Positions 21,155-31,030 of a stretch of 64,000 bases of DNA are shown here, one piece after another. Each line of letters opens with the position of its first letter. Position 1 is the first letter of the stretch. The notes beneath the pieces were generated by a model that saw only the letters and a list, made by a program, of their open reading frames with translations, was not told the origin of the DNA and did no database searches. This stretch comes from a virus (lineage: Duplodnaviria > Caudoviricetes), in the IMG/VR virus record IMGVR_UViG_3300021387_001019, positions 36,934 to 100,933 of that record; one strand, written 5' to 3'. The position numbers and the translations under genes were made by a program.

Positions 21155-22057
21155 ATGTGGGCAATCTATAAGAATGGCAATTCAATTGTAAAAATTAATC
21201 TTGCGAATGGTTCTAAAATAAGAGAAACAGAAGATGATGACTTCAACCTGGAATTCCCCGAGTCTCTTGACATAAACTGCACAAACTTCTGCACCGGCGG
21301 ATGTCCATTTTGTTATCAGGGTTGCTCCGTGAATGGAATTCACGGTGATATCATGGGTGCAAAATTTATTGACACACTTAGACCTTATACAGAAGCAGCA
21401 CTCCAGGTAAACGATCTAACACATCCGCAGCTTGTAGATTTTTTATATAAACTGCATGACAAGAAAGTCATTGCAAACATTACTGTTAATCAAATGCATT
21501 TTCTTCAGAAGGAAGAATTTATTAAATCTCTTGTCGATGCAGACTTGATTAAGGGAATTGGGATCTCACTTCAGAATCCGACAAAGGAATTTATTGAGCG
21601 TGTCCAGAAATATACAAACGCCGTAATCCATGTTATTAATGGAATTCTTTCCGCAAGTGATATTGAAAAATTACGAGATAACAATCTGAAGATGCTTATT
21701 CTTGGATATAAAAATCTTGGTCGCGGAGTTGATTATTACAACGCAAACGAATTAAATATTAAATCCAGGATGAGATATTTATATGATGTATTACCTACAC
21801 TACCGGATAAATTCAATGTGTTGTCGTTTGATAATCTTGCAATTGAGCAGCTTGATGTAAAAAGAATGCTTTCGCCAGAAGAATGGGACGAATTCTATAT
21901 GGGCGATGAGGGAACTGCATCAATGTATGTGGATATTGTAACCGGGAAATTTGGCGTTAGTTCTCTTTGTAAGTCAGAAGAAATGCATCCAATCCTTGAT
22001 ACAATTGATGAGATGTTTGAGGTAGTAAAAAATGAGGCAAAACTACGAAAGTTGTAA
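21155..22057 (+). CDS. Radical SAM protein
   Basis: CxxxCxxC motif (TNFCTGGCPFCYQ); start at the ATG after RBS AGGAG. Confidence 0.88.
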   Translation: MWAIYKNGNSIVKINLANGSKIRETEDDDFNLEFPESLDINCTNFCTGGCPFCYQGCSVNGIHGDIMGAKFIDTLRPYTEAALQVNDLTHPQLVDFLYKLHDKKVIANITVNQMHFLQKEEFIKSLVDADLIKGIGISLQNPTKEFIERVQKYTNAVIHVINGILSASDIEKLRDNNLKMLILGYKNLGRGVDYYNANELNIKSRMRYLYDVLPTLPDKFNVLSFDNLAIEQLDVKRMLSPEEWDEFYMGDEGTASMYVDIVTGKFGVSSLCKSEEMHPILDTIDEMFEVVKNEAKLRKL

Positions 22058-22687
22058 AAAATGCCCGATAGTTGCAAGTGATTATTTCCGCTTGTCTTCT
22101 ATATACGGAAATGAAGACGAAGCAATACAAGATTGCTGGTGTGATAAGTTAGGATGCAAAATCTCATATGTATCTTGTGAATGCAGTGAGGAGAATAACA
22201 TGGCAAACAGAAACAATACTGTGGAATATGTCAAGCCACGAATGACTAAATACGAAAAAAATTACCGTCATAAGAAAAAGTTGCAATATTTTTATGACTA
22301 TATACAGCCACGGTGGAGTCCTTCCGGCGTATGGAAAAAACACTACGGAACCCAGAGTGAGTATTTGTGCAGGTTTTATCGTGGGAAGCGATCTAAATTT
22401 TTAAAACGACAAAGCAATAAGAAAATACGCCGTCATCAATCATATATTAGTAACGGTGGGTTTTATAAAAAGATATTTGATTATTGGTGGGAATTGTGGT
22501 GATTGTTTATCAACAGAAAGGATGGTGAAATGTGAATCCAATATTACTATTTTATCTATTTGTTGGTGCGTTTGTGCTATGGGTTTTGTTGGCCTGGGCG
22601 TTTCCAAAGATAGGTGACGTTATAAAAAGTATATTTAATGATGTGAATGAAATTATTAATGAAGAAGATGAGGAGGATAAGAATTAA

Positions 22688-23668
22688 ATGAATAAAGGAA
22701 AAATTGGTGCAATTGTTGCGGGTATTGTTATTTTTGTATTATTGATCACGGGGATTAAATGTATGGAAAAAGTTCCTGCTGGATACGTCGGAATTGTATA
22801 CAGCATGTCAGGGGGAATTTCTGATCAAGTATTAACTCAGGGTTGGCATCTTGTAAGTCCGACAAAAGATGTCACGTTGTATTCAGTTGGTATTGAACAA
22901 AGTTATCTTACGTCCGGAAGTGATGGTGATTCTAAAAACGATGATAGTTTCGAATGTCCTACTAGTGATGGCAAGGGGCTTCGAGTAGATCTTACATTTA
23001 CTTATAGGTATGATCCTGATAGAGTAACAGAATTATTCACAAGGTTTAAAGGACAGTCGGGTAGAGAAGTAAGAGATTCTTTTATTAAACCAAACATTAT
23101 TTCGTGGGTTAAAGAAATCACTGCTAAATATCCAGTGACGGAGATTCTTGGAGAAGAACGTGCTAACCTTAATATTGCTGTATCAGATTATGTTAGAAAG
23201 AAATTTGAGCCGTATGGAATTATTGTAGATAATACAAGCCTAATAAATATTGATGCTGACGATGAAACAAGAGCGAGTGTCCAGAGAAAAGTAAATGCAC
23301 AACAGGAACTTGAACTTGCGCAGATTGAACAAAAAACAGCAAAAGTTCAGGCCGATAAAGATAAAGAAGTTGCAGTTATTAAGGCAGAGCAAGAGAAAGA
23401 AACAGCAGTGATTAACGCTGAAAAGGCAAAGATTAAGGCAGAAGGTGAAGCGGAAGCAATCAGAATCCAGGCTGAAGCTGAAGCAGCGGCAAATAAAATG
23501 ATTGCAGAAAGTCTCACTGAAGAACTGATTGAATCACAGAAAATTAATAAATGGGACGGAAGTGTTCCTATGGTTACTGGCGGTGGGAATTCTATTGTTG
23601 ATTTAAGAGGAATTACAGATGAAACTATCAAGGAAAACCAGAAAGAATCTAAAACAAGCGATAATTAA
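22688..23668 (+). CDS. SPFH/band-7/prohibitin domain membrane protein
   Basis: N-terminal TM helix, VPAGYVGI, AE/AK-rich coiled coil, KWDGSVP. Confidence 0.9.
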   Translation: MNKGKIGAIVAGIVIFVLLITGIKCMEKVPAGYVGIVYSMSGGISDQVLTQGWHLVSPTKDVTLYSVGIEQSYLTSGSDGDSKNDDSFECPTSDGKGLRVDLTFTYRYDPDRVTELFTRFKGQSGREVRDSFIKPNIISWVKEITAKYPVTEILGEERANLNIAVSDYVRKKFEPYGIIVDNTSLINIDADDETRASVQRKVNAQQELELAQIEQKTAKVQADKDKEVAVIKAEQEKETAVINAEKAKIKAEGEAEAIRIQAEAEAAANKMIAESLTEELIESQKINKWDGSVPMVTGGGNSIVDLRGITDETIKENQKESKTSDN

Positions 23669-24251
23669 AAACAGACATCTTGTTAAGAAGTATCATTGGC
23701 TAAAACCGTGGCGTAGATGGCATCGTGGGCGAGAGCAGTACGGGTGGGATAAGAGGTGGCGATACCAGTATACGTCATGGAGCGGAATTCCTGATGGATG
23801 GAATAAAGCATTCGGTGATATGATGTTAGAAGAACTCAATGATGAAATCAGGCGATCTAATCTAAGAAATTTTCGTATTGTTGATATGAAAGAAAAGTGG
23901 GGAAGGCTGCAGGTTGATGCTGGTGGATTCAATGATGAAATTCTTCGCATTATAGATAAGTATGAAGCACTTTCTCAGAATATTTGTGCAGTATGTGGAA
24001 AACCGGATGTATTTGTTACAAATGATGGATGGATTTATCCATTGTGTTATGAATGTTATAAAAGGCATTGGTATATGGACAAATCTGTAAGTGATGAAGT
24101 TGTAAAAGAAGCATATAGTAAATCAACCGGGAAAGACGCTGATCCCACGATGGTATCAGTGGTTACTAAACGTATAAATGGGAAAGAAATACAGATTGAT
24201 ATAAGTGACACCGCCGAAAAAATCAGGCGGAGATATAGGAGAAAAAAATAA
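23619..24251 (+). CDS. Hypothetical phage protein
   Basis: PDGW...KEKWGRL...CAVCGKP...LCYEC. Confidence 0.7.
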   Translation: MKLSRKTRKNLKQAIIKNRHLVKKYHWLKPWRRWHRGREQYGWDKRWRYQYTSWSGIPDGWNKAFGDMMLEELNDEIRRSNLRNFRIVDMKEKWGRLQVDAGGFNDEILRIIDKYEALSQNICAVCGKPDVFVTNDGWIYPLCYECYKRHWYMDKSVSDEVVKEAYSKSTGKDADPTMVSVVTKRINGKEIQIDISDTAEKIRRRYRRKK

Positions 24252-24577
24252 TGATTAAAGAAAGGAAGTAGCGATGTGGTCGGAGGAATTGTAATGTAGA
24301 TATGGGGCAACCGTCTTGTAAAATGAAAATGATTGCATCGACGGGATGAGTAATGAGTAATGACGAAAAAGAATGTATAAAATGTAGTAATTGTAATGAT
24401 GTGTTATTGATGAAATGTTGGTGGGATGAAAGTGGTTATGGCTATTCCACAAAATTGGCACGATGTCCACAGTGCGGTAAAATTATTGTCGTGAAAATGG
24501 TAGAAGACATGTGGATGGATGTTAATAATGATATTAGATATTATAAATATTAATAATTTCAAGAAAGGATGGTGCAA

Positions 24578-25855
24578 ATGAATTATACTGAAGATTTTTT
24601 TAATACATAGCCTGACAATTTTATATTTAATGTTGGGGATCATATTGACAATAAATTTCTTCATGCAACTATTATTTCTGTTAATACCAGAAAACGAAAT
24701 GGTAAGCTTGAAAGTAGTTATGAATGTGAATGTGATAAGTGTGGACATAAATTTCACCGCCCACATGGTTAGATTGTAAATGGAATTGGATGCGGAGCTT
24801 GTTCTGGAAGAACTTTAGTAAAAGGTATAAATGATATACCTACAACTGATAAATGGATGGTAAAATTTTTCCCAGGCGGCGAAAAAGAGGCATCTAATTA
24901 TACAAAAAGTTGTTCAAATAAATTCACACCGATTTGTCCATTTTGCGGGAGAATATCGGAAACAAAGATAAGTCCAAATCAACTTTCGCGCTTGCATGGA
25001 ATAAGTTGTGTATGCAATGATGGTATATCAATCCCGAATAAAATTATTAGAGCAATTATGGAACAAGCGTTTAATAAAAGTATGATATCATCATATGAAA
25101 AAGAACATAAAGAGTATGACGAAAATGGAATATTAAGAAGATTTGATATGAAGTTCTTCGACATAAACGGAAATCCATTTTTTGTTGAAATGGACGGTGG
25201 ATTTCATGGAGAGATAAAAAGGAAACACTCAAATAAAAAAATGAAATTTTTACCGGCTAAAATGTTTATTGCAGATATAATGAAAGATAATATTGCAGAA
25301 AATCTAGGAATACCATTGATTAGGATAGATTGTTATAAGTCTGATATTGAATACATTAAACAAAATTTGTATGATTCTGAATTAGCAAATATAATTAATT
25401 TAAACAATATTGATTGGACAAGCATTGAAAATATATGTTTTAGCAATATTATGAGAGATGTATGTATATATAAAAATGAGCATCCAAAAGTATTTGTGCC
25501 AGAAATTGCAAAAAAGTTTGAATTGTCAGACGCAACTATTCGAAATTATTTAAAAAGAGGAACTAAATTAGGTATATGTAATTATAACCCTCAAGAGGAA
25601 TCGAAAAGAAGAAATTCGTTAAATACGAATTGGCATCAATCAGTTGGTGTTTATGTAGAAAATCTTGATACAGGTGAATCATGGGAGTTTAAAACAAAAA
25701 CTGATTTTTGTAATGAATCACAATACATCTTAGATGGTGATAAAATAACCAAAAGTATGTTAGAAAAAAGAATTGGAAAAGCAAATAAAGAATATATTAT
25801 ATATGATAGTGGAGAACACGACTATCTAATATGGATGATTAGGAGGAAAAAATAA
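24578..25855 (+). CDS. Zinc-ribbon + Vsr/DUF559-like endonuclease + HTH (homing-endonuclease-like), interrupted by two in-frame TAG codons (recoded gene or pseudogene)
   Basis: One frame runs from ATG 24578 (RBS AAGGA) with TAG at 24608 and 24770. Motifs CECDKCGH, CGACSG, CPFCG, RRFDMK..FVEMDGGFH..D..KD..A..LGIPLIRI. Confidence 0.65.
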
Positions 25856-26790
25856 TGGCATTTGTAAAAGCAATAAGAGAAAAAGTAAAGGCAAAAATTC
25901 TTTTATCTGGGCCTAGCGGCGCCGGAAAAAGTCAAAGCGCTTGTGAATTAGCAACTGGAATTTACAGAAAATGTGGTGGCCCTGGAATTGCATATATTGG
26001 GACAGAGGGAGATAGAGACAAATTATATGCACAAACAAAATCTAAACATGGAGATTACACATTCGAATATGATCTTCTGCAATTAACTGACCCATTTACC
26101 ACAGATAAATATATAGCAGCAATTGATGAAGCAATAGAGGCTGGGTATAAAGTGTGTATTATAGATGGTCTTAGTGCAGAATGGAAATGGCTGAATGATA
26201 CTCACGATAAGATGCCTGGAAATTCATTTACAAACTGGGGACGCCTCAAACCGAAGCACCGGGCCATGTTAGACAAGATACTTAGCGCACCAATGCACAT
26301 CATTTGTTGCGCCAGAGGAAAAGATGAGTGGCTATTAGAAGATAAAAATGGTAAATCTATTCCTAAAAAAGTTGGAATGGGAAGTCAGACTGATAAGGAT
26401 ATAAGTTATGAGGTAATGTTGTCACTTCAGATTGAACAGGATACACATCTTGCACATTCAGACAAAGATAACACGAATCTTTGGCCTGAGACTAGATATT
26501 CTGTAATTACCGCAAAAGATGGGGAAGCTATTTTTGATTGGTGTGAAAAAGGAGAAATTCCGGCACCTAAACCCGTAATCCAGAAATCAGATACGATTAT
26601 GATCGATGCTGAAGACAACCTTAAATCCATTAAAACTAAAATTATTGAAGTAGCAACAAAAGCAGGTGGCCCAACAAACGAAAAGGTAATGGGAATTATA
26701 AAAGAATTTGTACCTAGTGGCAATCCAAATTCAATTAGAGATATTGATAAGGCAAAACAGTTGCTTGACAAACTTAGTGCTTTGGTATAA
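25855..26790 (+). CDS. AAA-family ATPase (Sak4-like recombination protein)
   Basis: Walker A GPSGAGKS, Walker B CIIDGLS; adjacent to SSB. Confidence 0.8.
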   Translation: MAFVKAIREKVKAKILLSGPSGAGKSQSACELATGIYRKCGGPGIAYIGTEGDRDKLYAQTKSKHGDYTFEYDLLQLTDPFTTDKYIAAIDEAIEAGYKVCIIDGLSAEWKWLNDTHDKMPGNSFTNWGRLKPKHRAMLDKILSAPMHIICCARGKDEWLLEDKNGKSIPKKVGMGSQTDKDISYEVMLSLQIEQDTHLAHSDKDNTNLWPETRYSVITAKDGEAIFDWCEKGEIPAPKPVIQKSDTIMIDAEDNLKSIKTKIIEVATKAGGPTNEKVMGIIKEFVPSGNPNSIRDIDKAKQLLDKLSALV

Positions 26791-26793
26791 AAT
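26765..26793 (+). promoter_or_regulatory. sigmaA-type promoter for the ssb/replication operon with two operator-like motifs downstream
   Basis: TTGACA-17 nt-TAAAAT; RCAAACAAAATAAT at 26806 and 26836. Confidence 0.7.
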
Positions 26794-26875
26794 GGAACAA
26801 TGTTTGCAAACAAAATAATTAAAAACAAATTAAATACAAACAAAATAATATTGAATATAAAGGAGAACTAATAAT

Positions 26876-27295
26876 ATGAATAAAGTTGAATTAGTAGGAA
26901 GATTAACGAGAGATGTTGACGTAAAGTATAGCACCGGCGAAAATGCAACTGCCGTTGCGAGGTTTAGTGTTGCCGTAAACAGAAGATTTAAGAACTCTGA
27001 GGGAAATTACGATGCTGATTTTCCATCGGTTGTAGCATTTGGTAAAACGGCTGAGTTCGTTTCTAAATACTTCCACAAAGGTGATATGATCGGACTTTGC
27101 GGCAGAATTCAGACTGGTAGTTACACAAATCAGGAAGGTCAGAAGGTATATACGAATGATGTTATTGCAGAAGACATTGAGTTTGTTGGTGGCAAGTCTG
27201 ATAACGGAAACGCGGTAGCAACTACACCTCAGAAAAATACTGATTTTATGAATATCCCGGCTAGTGTAGATGACGATGAACTTCCGTGGGGGTAA
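26876..27295 (+). CDS. ssb: Single-stranded DNA-binding protein
   Basis: MNKVELVGRLTRD, GRIQTGSY, acidic tail DDDELPW. Confidence 0.95.
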   Translation: MNKVELVGRLTRDVDVKYSTGENATAVARFSVAVNRRFKNSEGNYDADFPSVVAFGKTAEFVSKYFHKGDMIGLCGRIQTGSYTNQEGQKVYTNDVIAEDIEFVGGKSDNGNAVATTPQKNTDFMNIPASVDDDELPWG

Positions 27296-27298
27296 TTT

Positions 27299-27826
27299 AT
27301 GGCAAAATCGAACATTAAAATTGTTCATTGCCGATACCCAAAATGTAACAAACTCCATGAAACAACAGAGTTAAAAAAGGAAGATGCAGTACAGGGTGGT
27401 AAAGGTAATTATTACCACCCAGATTGCTATCATATGATGCAAACTGTAAATCAGATTCGAGACACTTTTATAAAAGAAGTAAATTCTGCGTTAACCGGGC
27501 AACAGATAGGGGCGTTGGTTTCCACTATATATAATATTGTATTTACAAAGGGAATAGATATTGACTTTATTAAATTTGCGCTTGACTATTTTATTAAATA
27601 CAAGCCCGGAAGTTTGCGTCAGCCCTATGGGCTTCATTATATAATTCAAAATAAAGATGTGATTTCGGCATGGAACAAAGAGAAAGATAGAAAAATTCGC
27701 GAAGAATTAAAACAACAAACTGCTGAAATGCAGGATAATGATAAAGAAGAATCTATTGATTTTTCAGAAAGTAGTTTTAAATATGTACCACAAAAATCTC
27801 ATGGGTTCGCCGATATCTTTGGATAG
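27299..27826 (+). CDS. Hypothetical replication-module protein
   Basis: CRYPKC..YYHPDC; lies between ssb and the helicase. Confidence 0.7.
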   Translation: MAKSNIKIVHCRYPKCNKLHETTELKKEDAVQGGKGNYYHPDCYHMMQTVNQIRDTFIKEVNSALTGQQIGALVSTIYNIVFTKGIDIDFIKFALDYFIKYKPGSLRQPYGLHYIIQNKDVISAWNKEKDRKIREELKQQTAEMQDNDKEESIDFSESSFKYVPQKSHGFADIFG

Positions 27827-27838
27827 GAGGCGTAACGT

Positions 27839-29179
27839 ATGGATATGACCGCAATTTGTGACACACAAGCTGAAGCCGGTGTAATTGCGACTTTGGTATA
27901 TCACCCGGAATTTGTGCTGCATAGCGACTATTTAAAGCCTGGGTATTTTTATAATACAGAAAATGGTTGTATTTATTGGGCAATACAAGAGTTATACAAA
28001 AATGGTATAGATACAATTGATGCACTTAATATCAGCAATATGTTAAATTCTAATCGGGCGGTAAAACGAAAGATAGAAGAATACAATCTTAAAGATATGC
28101 AGGAATTTATTAATATGGCACAGTTTGCCGCCCGTCATACTTTAAGTGAATATAAGTTACTGGTAAATAATGTTGTTGAAACTAGTTTTAAAAGAGAACT
28201 CGCAAAAATTGCAGTAGAAATTCAATCTGATTGTTTTAATTCTGATATGGGATTAGCAAAACTTAATCAAGTTGTTAACAATAAGCTTACTGATCTAACA
28301 GAAAAATATATTACAGGCGAAGAAATCAAAACGCTTGGTGAGAGAATTGACGATATATGGGACAAGATTGAAAATCAAGATTTGTCTCGTAGATTACCTT
28401 CGAAATTCCCGTCATTCAATGATTATTTCTATTATGAACCTGGGGAATTAGTTCTATTGACAGCAAGATACAAAACCGGCAAGTCTGTTTTTTGCTTGAA
28501 TGAGACAATACATATGCTGCGGGCTGGTGTTCCAATACTTTATATTGATACCGAAATCAGTACGGAAACGTTTACAAAACGACTGATTTGTAATATTACA
28601 GGCATTCCATATAAAGTTATTCAAAATAAAACATTTAATGAGCATCAAAAAGAACAGATTAATGAGTGTATCAAATGGATCCATAATTTACCGTTCGTCC
28701 ATTTGTATTTACCTGATAGTAACATGGATGAAATATATTCTATTTGCAAGATACTAAAATACAAAATGAATTTAACAATGGTGGTTTATGATTATATAAA
28801 ATCATATAATTCTGAAGCGTATACTAACTCTGCAATACTTGGACAGATGGCGGACTTTTTGAAAAACAAAATTGCCGGAGAATTAGACCTTGCCGTATTA
28901 AGTGCGGCACAGCTAAACAGAAATGATATGATTGCAAACTCTGATAATATTGCCAAGGCTATATCTACTGGAATTTATTGGAGATTTAAAACGATAGAGG
29001 AAGAACAAAGAGATGGTATAGATGCCGGAAATGTCCTGGCATACGTTAATATAAATAGAAATGGGCCTCAAAGTGACGAAGACGGAGCAATATATTTTTC
29101 ATTTGATGGTGATAAACAAAGAATAACAGAAGCCAAAAAACAAAAAAAGGATTTGCCACAGACACCATTCGAAAAATAA
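27839..29179 (+). CDS. DnaB-like replicative helicase
   Basis: DnaB N-terminus (AEAGVIATL), ARYKTGKS, YIDTE, VVYDYIK, AAQLNR. Confidence 0.9.
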   Translation: MDMTAICDTQAEAGVIATLVYHPEFVLHSDYLKPGYFYNTENGCIYWAIQELYKNGIDTIDALNISNMLNSNRAVKRKIEEYNLKDMQEFINMAQFAARHTLSEYKLLVNNVVETSFKRELAKIAVEIQSDCFNSDMGLAKLNQVVNNKLTDLTEKYITGEEIKTLGERIDDIWDKIENQDLSRRLPSKFPSFNDYFYYEPGELVLLTARYKTGKSVFCLNETIHMLRAGVPILYIDTEISTETFTKRLICNITGIPYKVIQNKTFNEHQKEQINECIKWIHNLPFVHLYLPDSNMDEIYSICKILKYKMNLTMVVYDYIKSYNSEAYTNSAILGQMADFLKNKIAGELDLAVLSAAQLNRNDMIANSDNIAKAISTGIYWRFKTIEEEQRDGIDAGNVLAYVNINRNGPQSDEDGAIYFSFDGDKQRITEAKKQKKDLPQTPFEK

Positions 29180-29201
29180 TTAGTAAGGTGGTGTTATACA
29201 A

Positions 29202-30197
29202 ATGAAAGTAGACCAAGATAAACTGCAAGAATTATGTGACAAAATTGACTTGTTAGAATATGCAGAAAAAACAGTGGAATTTCAACGTAGGGGTTCCGGC
29301 GAGTATGCTGCTCATTGCCCTCGTCATGAAGATAAAACACCATCATTAATGATTACACCAAGCCAAAATTTGTTTTATTGTCATTCATGTCATGTAGGTG
29401 GAAATATAATTAATTGGCTCATGACGTTTGAACATCTTTCATGGAACGATGCGATAGACAAGGCAGCACATCTTGCCGGAATCGATATAAGCAATTTAAA
29501 AACTTGTGAGGCACTTGCGTACTATAAAAAAATAAAAAAATCACTTAATGCTGATTTAGGCTTTGTGACAGACAGGGCAATTTTACCATACTCTTATTAT
29601 GACCAGTTTTCAAAAGAAATACCGCAGGAATGGGTAGACGAAGGGATCTCGCCTGATATTATGAAAAAATATGACATACGAATAGATCATGGAAGTAATC
29701 GCATTGTCTATCCTGTATGGGACAACAATGATAATTTAATTGGATGTAAAGGCAGAACATTATTTCGTAACTATAAAGAACTTGGGTTAAAAAAATATCT
29801 GAACTATACAAAAATTAAATCCACTGATTATTACATGGGAATGAAAGAAAATCGTTCAAACATATTAGAATCCAGCACGGCAATTATTTTTGAAGGAATA
29901 AAATCTGTAATGAAGGTTGCATCCTGGGGTATCAATAACTCGTTAGCTGCAGAAACATCTCATATAAATACTGCTCAAACAGCAATATTAATTCAAATGG
30001 GAATTAAAGAGGTTATAATCGCATTTGATAAAGGTGTAACAATGAAAGAAATTAAGGCATCTACAGAGATGCTAAGAAGATTTACTAATGTTTCGGTGGT
30101 TTATGATAAATGGAACTTACTTAATGATAAAGAAAGCCCTTGCGATAAAGGGCGCGAAACTTGGGAAATATTATATGATAGGAGAATACGAATTTGA
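29202..30197 (+). CDS. DNA primase (CHC2 zinc finger + Toprim)
   Basis: CPRHEDKTPS...FYCHSC, IIFEGIKS, IIAFDKG. Confidence 0.9.
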   Translation: MKVDQDKLQELCDKIDLLEYAEKTVEFQRRGSGEYAAHCPRHEDKTPSLMITPSQNLFYCHSCHVGGNIINWLMTFEHLSWNDAIDKAAHLAGIDISNLKTCEALAYYKKIKKSLNADLGFVTDRAILPYSYYDQFSKEIPQEWVDEGISPDIMKKYDIRIDHGSNRIVYPVWDNNDNLIGCKGRTLFRNYKELGLKKYLNYTKIKSTDYYMGMKENRSNILESSTAIIFEGIKSVMKVASWGINNSLAAETSHINTAQTAILIQMGIKEVIIAFDKGVTMKEIKASTEMLRRFTNVSVVYDKWNLLNDKESPCDKGRETWEILYDRRIRI

Positions 30198-30991
30198 ATG
30201 AATATAACTGCGACCAATTCGTAGTTGGTACAATGAAATGGTCATTTTCTCGACTAAATAGTTATGACAACGGCTGTCATTATGAATGGAAGCGTCATTA
30301 TATAGATTGCGAGAAAGCAAAACAAGGTTTTTACGGTGCAGCCGGGGCATTTGCCCACAGCCTTTTGGAAAAGTATTGCAAAGGCGAACTTGGTTTATGG
30401 GATTTATCGCCGTATTTTGAAGAGCATTTTGCAGAAGAAGTACCTTATGATGCACCACCAAATAAATTTATTGATATAAAACAAGATTGGTTTGATAAAG
30501 TATTAAATTATTTTGATAATATTGATTTGCCGATAGATAAATATAAAGTATGTGGTGTTGAAAAGCCTTTAGATTTTATGGTAGACAAATATCCATTTGT
30601 AGGTTTTATTGATTTGTTCTTACAAGACCCTACAGACGACAAATATATATTATGCGACCATAAAAGCAGTTCAATTAAAGTCTTAAAGTCTGGGGCGATT
30701 AGCAAATCTGATAGCGACCATTTTCTGGCTTTTAAGAGACAACAATATTTGTACTCAAAACCAATTATTGAAGAATTTGGGGAAGGATGCATAAAGGAAT
30801 TATGGTGGAATATGTTTAAAGACGGCAGATACATCAAAATTCCGTTCAATGAAAAGGAGTATCAAGATACGTTAAAATGGGCGGTTGATACTATCCACAG
30901 AATTGAAAATGAAACAGAATGGTTACCAAATCCAAGTTATTTTTACTGTTGGAATTTATGCGGGATGGGATATTGTGAATATAAGTCTTGA
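30194..30991 (+). CDS. PD-(D/E)XK exonuclease (AddB/Cas4-like)
   Basis: WSFSRL..C, VE, GFIDL...DHKS, Q..LY, C-terminal CWNLC...C. Confidence 0.85.
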   Translation: MNEYNCDQFVVGTMKWSFSRLNSYDNGCHYEWKRHYIDCEKAKQGFYGAAGAFAHSLLEKYCKGELGLWDLSPYFEEHFAEEVPYDAPPNKFIDIKQDWFDKVLNYFDNIDLPIDKYKVCGVEKPLDFMVDKYPFVGFIDLFLQDPTDDKYILCDHKSSSIKVLKSGAISKSDSDHFLAFKRQQYLYSKPIIEEFGEGCIKELWWNMFKDGRYIKIPFNEKEYQDTLKWAVDTIHRIENETEWLPNPSYFYCWNLCGMGYCEYKS

Positions 30992-31030
30992 CAAATAAAT
31001 TGAATTGTAATTTAAATGAGGGAATAAATT

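Noticed and set aside
30194-30991. Cas4 as an adaptation gene of the CRISPR locus
   Set aside because: It lies 11 kb away, between primase and dnaE; such nucleases are routine in phage replication modules.
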